This document shows positions 1 through 15,000 of a DNA stretch of 64,000 nucleotides, in pieces (the first letter of the stretch is position 1; every line of letters begins with the position of its first letter). The notes below the pieces were generated by a model. The model worked only from the letters and a program-made list of their open reading frames with translations. It was not told where the DNA came from and ran no database searches. The position numbers and the translations under genes were made by a program. Source of the stretch: Eledone cirrhosa (taxonomy: Eukaryota); assembly GCA_964016885.1 (NCBI GenBank), contig OZ024742.1:37076001-37140000 (forward strand), in the 5' to 3' direction.

Positions 1-3000
1 GGTCTAACATTGCAGTATTGAGGCATTGTAGTGGTTTAACATTGTAGTACTGAGGCATTGTAGTGGGTTAACATTGCAGTACTGAGGCATTGTAGTGGGC
101 TAACATTTCAGTACTGAGGCATTGAAATGGGATAACATTGCAGTACTGAGGCATTGTAGTGGGTTAACATTGCAGTATTGAAGCATTGTAGTGGGTTAAC
201 ATTGCAATAATGAGGCATTGCAGTGAGTTAACATTGCAGTACTGAGACATTGTAGTGTGTTAACATTGTAGTACTGAGGCATTGGAGTGGGCTAACATTG
301 CAGTACTGAGGCATTGTAGTGGGTAACATTGTAGTACTGAGGCATTGTAGGGGGTTAACATTGCAGTACTGAGGCATTGTAGTGTGTTAACATTGCAGTA
401 CTAAGGCATTGTAGTGGGTTAACATTGCAGTATTGAGGCATTGCAGTGAGTTAACATTGCAGTACTGAGACATTGTAGTGTGTTAACATTGTAGTACTGA
501 GGCATTGTAGTGGGCTAACATTGCAGTACTGAGGCATTGTAGTGTGTTAACTTTGTAGTACTGAAGTATTGTAGGAGGTTAACATTGCAGTACTAAGGCA
601 TTGTAGTGTGTTAAAATTGCAGTACTGAGGCATTGTAGTGGGCTAACATTGTAGTACTGGGGCATTGTAGTGGTCTAACATTGCAGTATTGAGGCATTGT
701 AGTGGTTTAACATTGTAGTACTGAGGCATTGTAGTGGGTTAACATTGCAGTACTGAGGCATTGTAGTGGGCTAACATTTCAGTACTGAGGCATTGAAATG
801 GGATAACATTGCAGTACTGAGGCATTGTAGTGGGTTAACATTGTAGTGCTGAGACATTGTAGTGCGTTAACATTGCAGTACTGAGGCATTGTAGTGGGTT
901 AACATTGCAGTACTGAGGCATTGTAGTGGGTTAACATTGCAGTATTGAGGCATTGCAGTGAGTTAACATTGCAGTACTGAGACATTGTAGTGTGTTAACA
1001 TTGCAGTACTGAGGCATTGTAGTGGGCTAACATTGCAGTACTGAGACATTATAGTGCATTAACATTGCAGTACTGAGGCATTGTAGTGGGTTAACATTGT
1101 AGTACTGAGGCATTGTAGCGTGTTAACATTGTAGTACTGAGACATTGGAGTGGGTTAACATTGTAGTACTGAGGTATTGTAGGGGGTTAACATTGCAGTA
1201 CTGAGACATTGTAGTGTGTTAACTTTGTAGTACTGAGGTATTGTAGTGGGTTAACATTGCAGTACTGAGGCATTGTTGTGTGTTAACATTTCAGTACTGA
1301 GGCATTGTAGTGGGCTAACATTGTAGTACTGAGGCATTGTAGTGGTCTAACATTGCAGTATTGAGGCATTGTAGTGGGTTAACATTGTAGTACTGAGGCA
1401 TTGTAGTGGGTTAACATTATAGTACTGGGCATTGTAGTGTGTTAACATTGCAGTACTGAGGCATTGAAATGGGATAACATTGCAGTACTGAGATATTGTA
1501 GTGTGTTAACATTGCAGTACTGAGGCATTGTAGTGGGTTAACATTGTAGTGTGTTAACGTTGTAGTACTGAGGCATTGTAGTTGGTTAACATTGCAGTAC
1601 TGACGCATTGAAATGGGCTAACATTGAAGTACTGAGACATTGTAGTGGGTTAACATTGCAGTACAGAGACATTGTAGTGCGTTAAAATTGCAGTACTGAG
1701 GCATTGTAGTGAGTTAACATTGTAGTACTGAGGTATTGTAGTGTGTTAACATTGTAGTACTGAGATATTGTAGTGGGTTAACATTGCAGTACTGAGGCAT
1801 TGTAGTGGGCTAACATTGAAGTACTGAGACGTTGTAGTGGGTTAACATTGCAGTACAGAGACATTGTAGTGCGTTAAAATTGCAGTACTGAGGCATTGTA
1901 GTGAGTTAACATTGTAGTACTGAGGTATTGTAGCGTGTTAACATTGTAGTACTGAGATATTGTAGTGGGTTAACATTGCAGTACTGAGGCATTGTAGTGG
2001 TTTAACATTGCAGTACTGAGGCATTGTAGTGGGTTAACATTGCAGTACTGAGGCATTGTATTGTGTTAACATTGTAGTACTGAGGCATTGTAGTGTGTTA
2101 ACATTGCAGTACTGAGGCATTGTAGTGTGTTAACATTGTAGTACTGAGACATTGTAGTGTGTTAACATTGCAGTACTGAGGCATTGTAGTGGGTTAACAT
2201 TGCAGTACTGAGGCATTGTAGTGGGTTAACATTGCAGTACTGAGGCATTGTAGTGGGTTAACATTGCAGTATTGAGGCATTGCAGTGAGTTAACATTGCA
2301 GTACTGAGACATTGTAGTGTGTTAACATTGCAGTACTGAGGCATTGTAGTGGGCTAACATTGCAGTACTGAGACATTGTAGTGCATTAACATTGCAGTAC
2401 TGAGGCATTGTAGTGGGTTAACATTGTAGTACTGAGGCATTGTAGCGTGTTAACATTGTAGTACTGAGATATTGTAGTGGGTTAACATTGCAGTACTGAG
2501 ACATTGTAGTGTGTTAACATTGTAATACTGAGGCATTGTAGTGTGTTAACATTGCAGTACTGAGGCATTGTAGTGGGATAATATTGCAGTACTGAGGCAC
2601 TGTAGTGGGTTAATGTTTCAATACTGAGGCACTGTAGTGTGTTAATATTGCAGTACTGAAATATTGTAGTGGACTAACATTGTAGTATGGAGGCATTGTA
2701 GTGGGGTAACATTACAGTACTGAGGCGTTGTAGTGGGGTAACATTGCAGTACTGAGGCACTGTAGTGGGCTAACATTGCAGTACTGAGACATTGTAGTGG
2801 GCTAACATTGTAGAATTGAGACATTGTAGTGGGCTAACATTGCAGTATTGAGGTATTGTAGTGGGCTAACTTTGCAGTATTGAGGCATTGTAATGGGCTA
2901 ACGTTGTAGTACTGAGGCATTGTAGTGTGTTAACATTGCAGTACTGAGGCATTGTAGTGGGTTAACATTGCAGTACTGAGGCATTGTAGTGGGTTAACAC

Positions 3001-6000
3001 TGCAGTACTGAGGCATTGTAGTGGGATAACATTGCAGTACTGAGGCATTGTAGTGTGTTAACTTTGAAGTTCTGAGGCATTGTAGTGGGCTAACATTGCA
3101 GTACTGAGGCATTGTAGTGTGTTAACATTGCAGTACTGACGCATTGTAGTGGGATAACAATGTAGTACTGAGGAATTGTGGTGTGTTGGCATTGTAGTGT
3201 GTTAACATTGTAGTACTGAGGCATTGTAGTGGGTAACATTGCAGTACTGAGGCATTGTAGTGTGTTAACATTGTAGTACTGAGACATTGTAGTGGGCTAA
3301 CATTGTAGTGTGTTAACATTATAGTACTGAGACATTGTAGTGGGCTAAAATTGCAGTACTGAGGCATTGTAGTACTGAGACGTTATAGTGGGCTAACATT
3401 GCAGTACTGAGACATTGTAATGTGTTAACATTGCAGTACTGAGGGATTGTAGTGGGCTAACATTGTAGTGTGTTAACATTGTAGTACTGAGGCATTGTAG
3501 TGGACTAACATTGTAGTATTGAGGCATAGTAGTGGGTTAACATTGCAGTACTGAGGCATAGTAGTGGGCTAACATCGTAGTGTGTTAACATTACAGTACT
3601 GAGGCATTGTAGTGGGTTAACATTGCAGTACTGAGGCACTGTAGTGGGCTAACATTGCAGTACTGAGACATTGTAGTGGGCTAACATTGTAGTATTGAGA
3701 CATTATAGTGGGCTAACATTGCAGTATTGAGGCATTGTAGTGGGCTAACATTGCAGTACTGAGGCATTGTAGTGTGTTAACATTGCAGTACTGAGGCATT
3801 GTAGTGGGTTAACATTGCAGTGTGTTAATATTGCAGTACTGAGACATTGTAGTGAGTTAACATTGCAGTACTGAGGCATTGTAGTGGGCTAACATTGTAG
3901 TACTGAGGCATTGTAGTGTGTTAACATTGCAGTACTGACGCATTGTAGTGGGCTAACAATGTAGTACTGAGGAATTGTGGTGTGTTGGCATTGTAGTGTG
4001 TTAACATTGTAGTACTGAGGCATTGTAGTGGGTAACATTGCAGTACTGAGGCATTGTAGTGGGTAACATTGCAGTACTGAGGCATTGTAGTGTGTTAACA
4101 TTGTAGTACTGAGACATTGTAGTGGGCTAACATTGTAGTGTGTTAACATTATAGTACTGAGACATTGTAGTGGGCTAACATTGAAGTACTGAGGCATTGT
4201 AGTACTGAGACGTTGTAGTGGGCTAACATTATAGTACTGAGACATTGTAGTGTGTTAACATTGCAGTACTGAGGGATTGTAGTGGGCTAACATTGTAGTG
4301 TGTTAACATTGTAGTACTGAGGCATTGTAGTGGACTAACATTGTAGTATTGAAGCATAGTAGTGGGTTAACATTGCAGTACTGAGGCATAGTAGTGGGCT
4401 AACATTGTAGTGTGTTAACATTACAGTACTGAGGCATTGTAGTGGGTTAACATTGCAGTATCGAGACATTATAGTGGGCTAACATTGCAGTATCGAGGCA
4501 TTGTAGTGGGCTAACATTGCAGTATTGAGGCATTGTAGTGGGCTAATATTGTAGTACTGAGGCATTGTAGTGGGCTAACATTGTAGTACTGAGGCATTGT
4601 AGTGGGTTAACATTGTAGTACTGAGTCATTGTAGTGTGTTAACATTGTAGTACTGAGGCATTGTAGTGTGTTAACATTGTAGTACTAAGACATTGTAGTG
4701 GGCAAACATTGCAGTATTGAGTCATTGTAGTGGGTTACCATTGCAGTACTGAGGCATTGTAGTGGGATAATGTTTCAGTACTGAGGCACTGTAGTGGGTT
4801 AATGTTGCAATACTGAGGCACTGTAGTGTGTTAATTTTGCAATACTGGGAAATTGTAGTGGGTTAACGTTGTAGTACTGAGACATTGTAATGTGTTAACA
4901 TTGCAGTACTGAGGCATTGTAGTGGACTAACATTGTAGTATTGAGGTATTGTAGTGGGTTAACATTGCAGTAATGAGGCATTGTAGTGTGTTAACATTGT
5001 TGTACTGAGACATTGTAGTGGGCTAACATTGTAGTGTGGTAACATCACAGTACTGAGGCATTGTAGTGCGTTAACATTGCAGTACTTAGGCATTGTAGTG
5101 GGTTAACATTGCAGTACTGAGGCATTGTAGTGGGTTAACATTGCAGTACTGAGACACTGTTGTGTGTTAAAATTGTAGTACTAAGGCATTGTAGTGAGTT
5201 AACATTGCATTACTGAGGTATTGTAGTGGGTTAACATTGCAGTACTAAGGCATTGTAGTGTGTTAACATTGCAGTACTGAGTCATTGTAGTGGGTTAATA
5301 TTGTAGTACTGAGGCATTGTAGTGAATTAACATTGCAGTATTGAGACATTGTGGTGTGTTAACATTGCAGTACTGAAACATTGTAGTGGGTTAACATTGC
5401 AGTACTGAGGCATTGTAGTGGGCTAACATTGCAGTACTGAGGCATTGTAGTGTGTTAACATTGCAGTACTGAGGCAATGTAGTGGGCTAACATTGTAGTA
5501 CTGAGGCATTGTATTGTGTTAACATTGTAGTACTGAGGCATTGTAGTGTGTTAACATTGCAGTACTGAGACATTGTAGTGTGTTAACATTGCAGTACTGA
5601 GGCAATGTAGTGGGCTACCATTGTAGTACTGAGGCATTGTAGTGTGTTAACATTGCAGTACTGAGGCAATGTAGTGGGCTAACATTGTAGTACTGAGGCA
5701 TTGTAGTGTGTTAACATTGCAGTACTGAGGCATTGTAGTGTGTTAACATTGCAGTACTGAGGCATTGTAGCGTGTTAACATTGTAGTACTGAGATATTGT
5801 AGTGGGTTAACATTGCAGTACTGAGACATTGTAGTGTGTTAACATTGTAATACTGAGGCATTGTAGTGGGTTAACATTACAGTACTGAGGCATTGTAGTG
5901 TGTTAACATTGCAGTACTGAGGCATTGTAGTGGGATAATATTGCAGTACTGAGGCACTGTAGTGGGTTAATGTTTCAATACTGAGGCACTGTAGTGTGTT

Positions 6001-9000
6001 AATATTGCAGTACTGAAATATTGTAGTGGACTAACATTGTAGTATGGAGGCATTGTAGTGGGGTAACATTACAGTACTGAGGCGTTGTAGTGGGGTAACA
6101 TTGCAGTACTGAGGCACTGTAGTGGGCTAACATTGCAGTACTGAGACATTGTAGTGGGCTAACATTGTAGAATTGAGACATTGTAGTGGGCTAACATTGC
6201 AGTATTGAGGCATTGTAGTGGGCTAACTTTGCAGTATTGAGGCATTGTAATGGGCTAACGTTGTAGTACTGAGGCATTGTAGTGTGTTAACATTGCAGTA
6301 CTGAGGCATTGTAGTGGGTTAACATTGCAGTACTGAGGCATTGTAGTGGGTTAACATTGCAGTACTGAGGCATTGTAGTGGGATAACATTGCAGTACTGA
6401 GGCACTGTAGTGTTTTAACATTGCAGTACTGAGGCATTGTAGTGGGTTAACATTGCAGTGTGTTAATATTGCAGTACTGAGACATTGTAGTGTGTTAACA
6501 TTGCAGTACTGAGGCATTGTAGTGGGCTAACATTGTAGTACTGAGGCATTGTAGTGTGTTAACATTGCAGTACTGACGCATTGTAGTGGGATAACAATGT
6601 AGTACTGAGGAATTGTGGTGTGTTGGCATTGTAGTGTGTTAACATTGTAGTACTGAGGCATTGTAGTGGGTAACATTGCAGTACTGAGGCATTGTAGTGG
6701 GTAACATTGCAGTACTGAGGCATTGTAGTGTGTTAACATTGTAGTACTGAGACATTGTAGTGGGCTAACATTGTAGTGTGTTAACATTATAGTACTGAGA
6801 CATTGTAGTGGGCTAACATTGAAGTACTGAGGCATTGTAGTACTGAGACGTTATAGTGGGCTAACATTGCAGTACTGAGACATTGTAGTGTGTTAACATT
6901 GCAGTACTGAGGGATTGTAGTGGGCTAACATTGTAGTGTGTTAACATTGTAGTACTGAGGCATTGTAGTGGACTAACATTGTAGTATTGAGGCATAGTAG
7001 TGGGTTAACATTGCAGTACTGAGGCATAGTAGTGGGCTAACATTGTAGTGTGTTAACATTACAGTACTGAGGCATTGTAGTGGGTTAACATTGCAGTACT
7101 GAGGCACTGTAGTGGGCTACCATTGCAGTACTGAGACATTGTAGTGGGCTAACATTGTAGTATTGAGACATTATAGTGGGCTAACATTGCAGTATTGAGG
7201 CATTGTAGTGGGCTAACATTGCAGTACTGAGGCATTGTAGTGTGTTAACATTGCAGTACTGAGGCATTGTAGTGGGTTAACATTGCAGTGTGTTAATATT
7301 ACAGTACTGAGACATTGTAGTGAGTTAACATTGCAGTACTGAGGCATTGTAGTGGGCTAACATTGTAGTACTGAGGCATTGTAGTGTGTTAACATTGCAG
7401 TACTGACGCATTGTAATGGGCTAACAATGTAGTACTGAGGAATTGTGGTGTGTTGGCATTGTAGTGTGTTAACATTGTAGTACTGAGACATTGTAGTGGG
7501 CTAACATTGTAGTGTGTTAACATTATAGTACTGAGACATTGTAGTGGGCTAACATTGCAGTACTGAGGCATTGTAGTACTGAGACGTTGTAGTGGGCTAA
7601 CATTATAGTACTGAGACATTGTAGTGTGTTAACATTGCAGTACTGAGGGATTGTAGTGGGCTAACATTGTAGTGTGTTAACATTGTAGTACTGAGGCATT
7701 GTAGTGGACTAACATTGTAGTATTGAAGCATAGTAGTGGGTTAACATTGCAGTACTGAGGCATAGTAGTGGGCTAACATTGTAGTGTGTTAACATTACAG
7801 TACTGAGGCATTGTAGTGGGTTAACATTGCAGTATTGAGACATTATAGTGGGCTAACATTGCAGTATCGAGGCATTGTAGTGGGCTAACATTGCAGTATT
7901 GAGGCATTGTAGTGGGCTAATATTGTAGTACTGAGGCATTGTAGTGGGTTAACATTGTAGTGGGCTAAAATTGTAGTATTGAGACATTATAGTAGGCTAA
8001 CATTGCAGTATCGAGACATTGTAGTGGGCTAACATTGTAGTACTGAGGCATTGTATTGGGTTAACATTGTAGTACTGAGTCATTGTAGTGTGTTAACATT
8101 GTAGTACTGAGGCATTGTAGTGTGTTAACATTGTAGTACTAAGACATTGTAGTGGGCAAACATTGCAGTATTGAGTCATTGTAGTGGGTTACCATTGCAG
8201 TACTGAGGCATTGTAGTGGGATAATATTTCAGTACTAAGGCACTGTAGTGGGTTAATGTTGCAATACTGAGGCACTGTAGTGTGTTAATTTTGCAATACT
8301 GGGAAATTGTAGTGGGTTAACGTTGTAGTACTGAGACATTGTAATGTGTTAACATTGCAGTACTGAGGCATTGTAGTGGACTAACATTGTAGTATTGAGG
8401 TATTGTAGTGGGTTAACATTGCAGTAATGAGGCATTGTAGTGTGTTAACATTGTTGTACTGAGACATTGTAGTGGGCTAACATTGTAGTGTGGTAACATC
8501 ACAGTACTGAGGCATTGTAGTGCGTTAACATTGCAGTACTTAGGCATTGTAGTGGGTTAACATTGCAGTACTGAGGCATTGTAGTGGGTTAACATTGCAG
8601 TACTGAGGCATTGTAGTGGGCTAACATTGTAGTACTGAGGCATTGTAGTGTGTTAACATTGCAGTACTGACGCATTGTAGTGGGATAACAATGTAGTACT
8701 GAGGAATTGTGGTGTGTTGGCATTGTAGTGTGTTAACATTGTAGTACTGAGGCATTGTAGTGGGTAACATTGCAGTACTGAGGCATTGTAGTGTGTTAAC
8801 ATTGTAGTACTGAGACATTGTAGTGGGCTAACATTGTAGTGTGTTAACATTATAGTACTGAGACATTGTAGTGGGCTAACATTGCAGTACTGAGGCATTG
8901 TAGTACTGAGACGTTATAGTGGGCTAACATTGCAGTACTGAGACATTGTAGTGTGTTAACATTGCAGTACTGAGGGATTGTAGTGGGCTAACATTGTAGT

Positions 9001-12000
9001 GTGTTAACATTGTAGTACTGAGGCATTGTAGTGGACTAACATTGTAGTATTGAGGCATAGTAGTGGGTTAACATTGCAGTACTGAGGCATAGTAGTGGGC
9101 TAACATTGTAGTGTGTTAACATTACAGTACTGAGGCATAGTAGTGGGTTAACATTGCAGTACTGAGGCACTGTAGTGGGCTAACATTGCAGTACTGAGAC
9201 ATTGTAGTGGGCTAACATTGTAGTATTGAGACATTATAGTGGGCTAACATTGCAGTATTGAGGCATTGTAGTGGGCTAACATTGCAGTACTGAGGCATTG
9301 TAGTGTGTTAACATTGCAGTACTGAGGCATTGTAGTGGGTTAACATTGCAGTGTGTTAATATTACAGTACTGAGACATTGTAGTGAGTTAACATTGCAGT
9401 ACTGAGGCATTGTAGTGGGCTAACATTGTAGTACTGAGGCATTGTAGTGTGTTAACATTGCAGTACTGACGCATTGTAATGGGCTAACAATGTAGTACTG
9501 AGGAATTGTGGTGTGTTGGCATTGTAGTGTGTTAACATTGTAGTACTGAGACATTGTAGTGGGCTAACATTGTAGTGTGTTAACATTATAGTACTGAGAC
9601 ATTGTAGTGGGCTAACATTGCAGTACTGAGGCATTGTAGTACTGAGACGTTGTAGTGGGCTAACATTATAGTACTGAGACATTGTAGTGTGTTAACATTG
9701 CAGTACTGAGGGATTGTAGTGGGCTAACATTGTAGTGTGTTAACATTGTAGTACTGAGGCATTGTAGTGGACTAACATTGTAGTATTGAAGCATAGTAGT
9801 GGGTTAACATTGCAGTACTGAGGCATAGTAGTGGGCTAACATTGTAGTGTGTTAACATTACAGTACTGAGGCATTGTAGTGGGTTAACATTGCAGTATTG
9901 AGACATTATAGTGGGCTAACATTGCAGTATCGAGGCATTGTAGTGGGCTAACATTGCAGTATTGAGGCATTGTAGTGGGCTAATATTGTAGTACTGAGGC
10001 ATTGTAGTGGGTTAACATTGTAGTACTGAGACATTGTAGTGGGCTAACATTGTAGTATTGAGACATTATAGTGGGCTAACATTGCAGTATCGAGACATTG
10101 TAGTGGGCTAACATTGTAGTACTGAGGCATTGTATTGGGTTAACATTGTAGTACTGAGTCATTGTAGTGTGTTAACATTGTAGTACTGAGGCATTGTAGT
10201 GTGTTAACATTGTAGTACTAAGACATTGTAGTGGGCAAACATTGCAGTATTGAGTCATTGTAGTGGGTTACCATTGCAGTACTGAGGCATTGTAGTGGGA
10301 TAATATTTCAGTACTGAGGCACTGTAGTGGGCTAATGTTGCAATACTGAGGCACTGTAGTGTGTTAATTTTGCAATACTGGGAAATTGTAGTGGGTTAAC
10401 GTTGTAGTACTGAGACATTGTAATGTGTTAACATTGCAGTACTGAGGCATTGTAGTGGACTAACATTGTAGTATTGAGGTATTGTAGTGGGTTAACATTG
10501 CAGTAATGAGGCATTGTAGTGTGTTAACATTGTTGTACTGAGACATTGTAGTGGGCTAACATTGTAGTGTGGTAACATCACAGTACTGAGGCATTGTAGT
10601 GCGTTAACATTGCAGTACTTAGGCATTGTAGTGGGTTAACATTGCAGTACTGAGGCATTGTAGTGGGTTAACATTGCAGTACTGAGGCATTGTAGTGGGT
10701 TAACATTGCAGTACTGAGACACTGTTGTGTGTTAAAATTGTAGTACTAAGGCATTGTAGTGAGTTAACATTGCATTACTGAGGTATTGTAGTGGGTTAAC
10801 ATTGCAGTACTAAGGCATTGTAGTGTGTTAACATTGCAGTACTGAGTCATTGTAGTGGGTTAATATTGTAGTACTGAGGCATTGTAGTGAATTAACATTG
10901 CAGTATTGAGACATTGTGGTGTGTTAACATTGCAGTTCTGAAACATTGTAGTGGGTTAACATTGCAGTACTGAGGCATTGTAGTGGGCTAACATTGCAGT
11001 ACTGAGGCATTGTAGTGTGTTAACATTGCAGTACTGAGGCAATGTAGTGGGCTAACATTGTAGTACTGAGGCATTGTATTGTGTTAACATTGTAGTACTG
11101 AGGCATTGTAGTGTGTTAACATTGCAGTACTGAGACATTGTAGTGTGTTAACATTGCAGTACTGAGGCATTGTAGTGTGTTAACATTGCAGTACTGAGGC
11201 ATTGTAGCGTGTTAACATTGTAGTACTGAGATATTGTAGTGGGTTAACATTGCAGTACTGAGACATTGTAGTGTGTTAACATTGTAATACTGAGGCATTG
11301 TAGTGGGTTAACATTACAGTACTGAGGCATTGTAGTGTGTTAACATTGCAGTACTGAGGCATTGTAGTGGGATAATATTGCAGTACTGAGGCACTGCAGT
11401 GGGTTAATGTTTCAATACTGAGGCACTGTAGTGTGTTAATATTGCAGTACTGAAATATTGTAGTGGACTAACATTGTAGTATGGAGGCATTGTAGTGGGG
11501 TAACATTACAGTACTGAGGCGTTGTAGTGGGGTAACATTGCAGTACTGAGGCACTGTAGTGGGCTAACATTGCAGTACTGAGACATTGTAGTGGGCTAAC
11601 ATTGTAGAATTGAGACATTGTAGTGGGCTAACATTGCAGTATTGAGGCATTGTAGTGGGCTAACTTTGCAGTATTGAGGCATTGTAATGGGCTAACGTTG
11701 TAGTACTGAGGCATTGTAGTGTGTTAACATTGCAGTACTGAGGCATTGTAGTGGGTTAACATTGCAGTACTGAGGCATTGTAGTGGGTTAACATTGCAGT
11801 ACTGAGGCATTGTAGTGGGATAACATTGCAGTACTGAGGCACTGTAGTGTTTTAACTTTGCAGTTCTGAGGCATTGTAGTGGGCTAACATTGCAGTACTG
11901 AGGCATTGTAGTGGGTTAACATTGCAGTGTGTTAATATTGCAGTACTGAGACATTGTAGTGAGTTAACATTGCAGTACTGAGGCATTGTAGTGGGCTAAC

Positions 12001-15000
12001 ATTGTAGTACTGAGGCATTGTAGTGTGTTAACATTGCAGTACTGACGCATTGTAGTGGGATAACAATGTAGTACTGAGGAATTGTGGTGTGTTGGCATTG
12101 TAGTGTGTTAACATTGTAGTACTGAGGCATTGTAGTGGGTAACATTGCAGTACTGAGGCATTGTAGTGGGTAACATTGCAGTACTGAGGCATTGTAGTGT
12201 GTTAACATTGTAGTACTGAGACATTGTAGTGGGCTAACATTGTAGTGTGTTAACATTATAGTACTGAGACATTGTAGTGGGCTAACATTGCAGTACTGAG
12301 GCATTGTAGTACTGAGACGTTATAGTGGGCTAACATTGCAGTACTGAGACATTGTAGTGTGTTAACATTGCAGTACTGAGGGATTGTAGTGGGCTAACAT
12401 TGTAGTGTGTTAACATTGTAGTACTGAGGCATTGTAGTGGACTAACATTGTAGTATTGAGGCATAGTAGTGGGTTAACATTGCAGTACTGAGGCATAGTA
12501 GTGGGCTAACATTGTAGTGTGTTAACATTACAGTACTGAGGCATTGTAGTGGGTTAACATTGCAGTACTGAGGCACTGTAGTGGGCTAACATTGCAGTAC
12601 TGAGACATTGTAGTGGGCTAACGTTGTAGTATTGAGACATTATAGTGGGCTAACATTGCAGTATTGAGGCATTGTAGTGGGCTAACATTGCAGTACTGAG
12701 GCATTGTAGTGTGTTAACATTGCAGTACTGAGGCATTGTAGTGGGTTAACATTGCAGTGTGTTAATATTACAGTACTGAGACATTGTAGTGAGTTAACAT
12801 TGCAGTACTGAGGCATTGTAGTGGGCTAACATTGTAGTACTGAGGCATTGTAGTGTGTTAACATTGCAGTACTGACGCATTGTAGTGGGCTAACAATGTA
12901 GTACTGAGGAATTGTGGTGTGTTGGCATTGTAGTGTGTTACCATTGTAGTACTGAGGCATTGTAGTGGGTAACATTGCAGTACTGAGGCATTGTAGTGGG
13001 TAACATTGCAGTACTGAGGCATTGTAGTGTGTTAACATTGTAGTACTGAGACATTGTAGTGGGCTAACATTGTAGTGTGTTAACATTATAGTACTGAGAC
13101 ATTGTAGTGGGCTAACATTGTAGTACTGAGGCATTGTAGTACTGAGACGTTGTAGTGGGCTAACATTATAGTACTGAGACATTGTAGTGTGTTAACATTG
13201 CAGTACTGAGGGATTGTAGTGGGCTAACATTGTAGTGTGTTAACATTGTAGTACTGAGGCATTGTAGTGGACTAACATTGTAGTATTGAAGCATAGTAGT
13301 GGGTTAACATTGCAGTACTGAGGCATAGTAGTGGGCTAACATTGTAGTGTGTTAACATTACAGTACTGAGGCATTGTAGTGGGTTAACATTGCAGTATTG
13401 AGACATTATAGTGGGCTAACATTGCAGTATCGAGGCATTGTAGTGGGCTAACATTGCAGTATTGAGGCATTGTAGTGGGCTAATATTGTAGTACTGAGGC
13501 ATTGTAGTGGGTTAACATTGTAGTACTGAGACATTGTAGTGGGCTAACATTGTAGTATTGAGACATTATAGTGGGCTAACATTGCAGTATCGAGACATTG
13601 TAGTGGGCTAACATTGTAGTACTGAGTCATTGTAGTGTGTTAACATTGTAGTACTGAGGCATTGTAGTGTGTTAACATTGTAGTACTAAGACATTGTAGT
13701 GTGCAAACATTGCAGTATTGAGTCATTGTAGTGGGTTACCATTGCAGTACTGAGGCATTGTAGTGGGATAATATTTCAGTACTGAGGCACTGTAGTGGGT
13801 TAATGTTGCAATACTGAGGCACTGTAGTGTGTTAATTTTGCAATACTGGGAAATTGTAGTGGGTTAACGTTGTAGTACTGAGACATTGTAATGTGTTAAC
13901 ATTGCAGTACTGAGGCATTGTAGTGGACTAACATTGTAGTATTGAGGTATTGTAGTGGGTAACATTGCAGTAATGAGGCATTGTAGTGTGTTAACATTGT
14001 TGTACTGAGACATTGTAGTGGGCTAACATTGTAGTGTGGTAACATCACAGTACTGAGGCATTGTAGTGCGTTAACATTGCAGTACTTAGGCATTGTAGTG
14101 GGTTAACATTGCAGTACTGAGGCATTGTAGTGGGTTAACATTGCAGTACTGAGACACTGTTGTGTGTTAAACTTGTAGTACTAAGGCATTGTAGTGAGTT
14201 AACATTGCATTACTGAGGTATTGTAGTGGGTTAACATTGCAGTACTAAGGCATTGTAGTGTGTTAACATTGCAGTACTGAGTCATTGTAGTGGGTTAATA
14301 TTGTAGTACTGAGGCATTGTAGTGAATTAACATTGCAGTATTGAGACATTGTGGTGTGTTAACATTGCAGTACTGAAACATTGTAGTGGGTTAACATTGC
14401 AGTACTGAGGCATTGTAGTGGGCTAACATTGCAGTACTGAGGCATTGTAGTGTGTTAACATTGCAGTACTGAGGCAATGTAGTGGGCTAACATTGTAGTA
14501 CTGAGGCATTGTATTGTGTTAACATTGTAGTACTGAGGCATTGTAGTGTGTTAACATTGTAGTACTGAGGCATTGTAGTGTGTTAACATTGCAGTACTGA
14601 GGCAATGTAGTGGGCTAAAATTGTAGTACTGAGGCATTGTAGTGTGTTAACATTGCAGTACTGAGGCATTGTAGTGTGTTAACATTGCAGTACTGAGGCA
14701 ATGTAGTGTGTTAACATTGTAGTACTGAGGCATTGTAGTGTGTTAACATTGCAGTACTGAGGCATTGTAGTGTGTTAACATTGCAGTACTGAGGCAATGT
14801 AGTGAGCTAACATTGTAGTACTGAGGCATTGTATTGTGTTAACATTGTAGTACTGAGGCATTGTAGTGGGTTAACATTGCAGTACTGAGGCATTGTAGTG
14901 TGTTAACATTGTAGTACTGAGACATTGTAGTGGGCTAACATTGCAGTACTGAGGCATTGTAGTGTGTTAACATTGTAGTACTGAGGCATTGTAGTGGGTT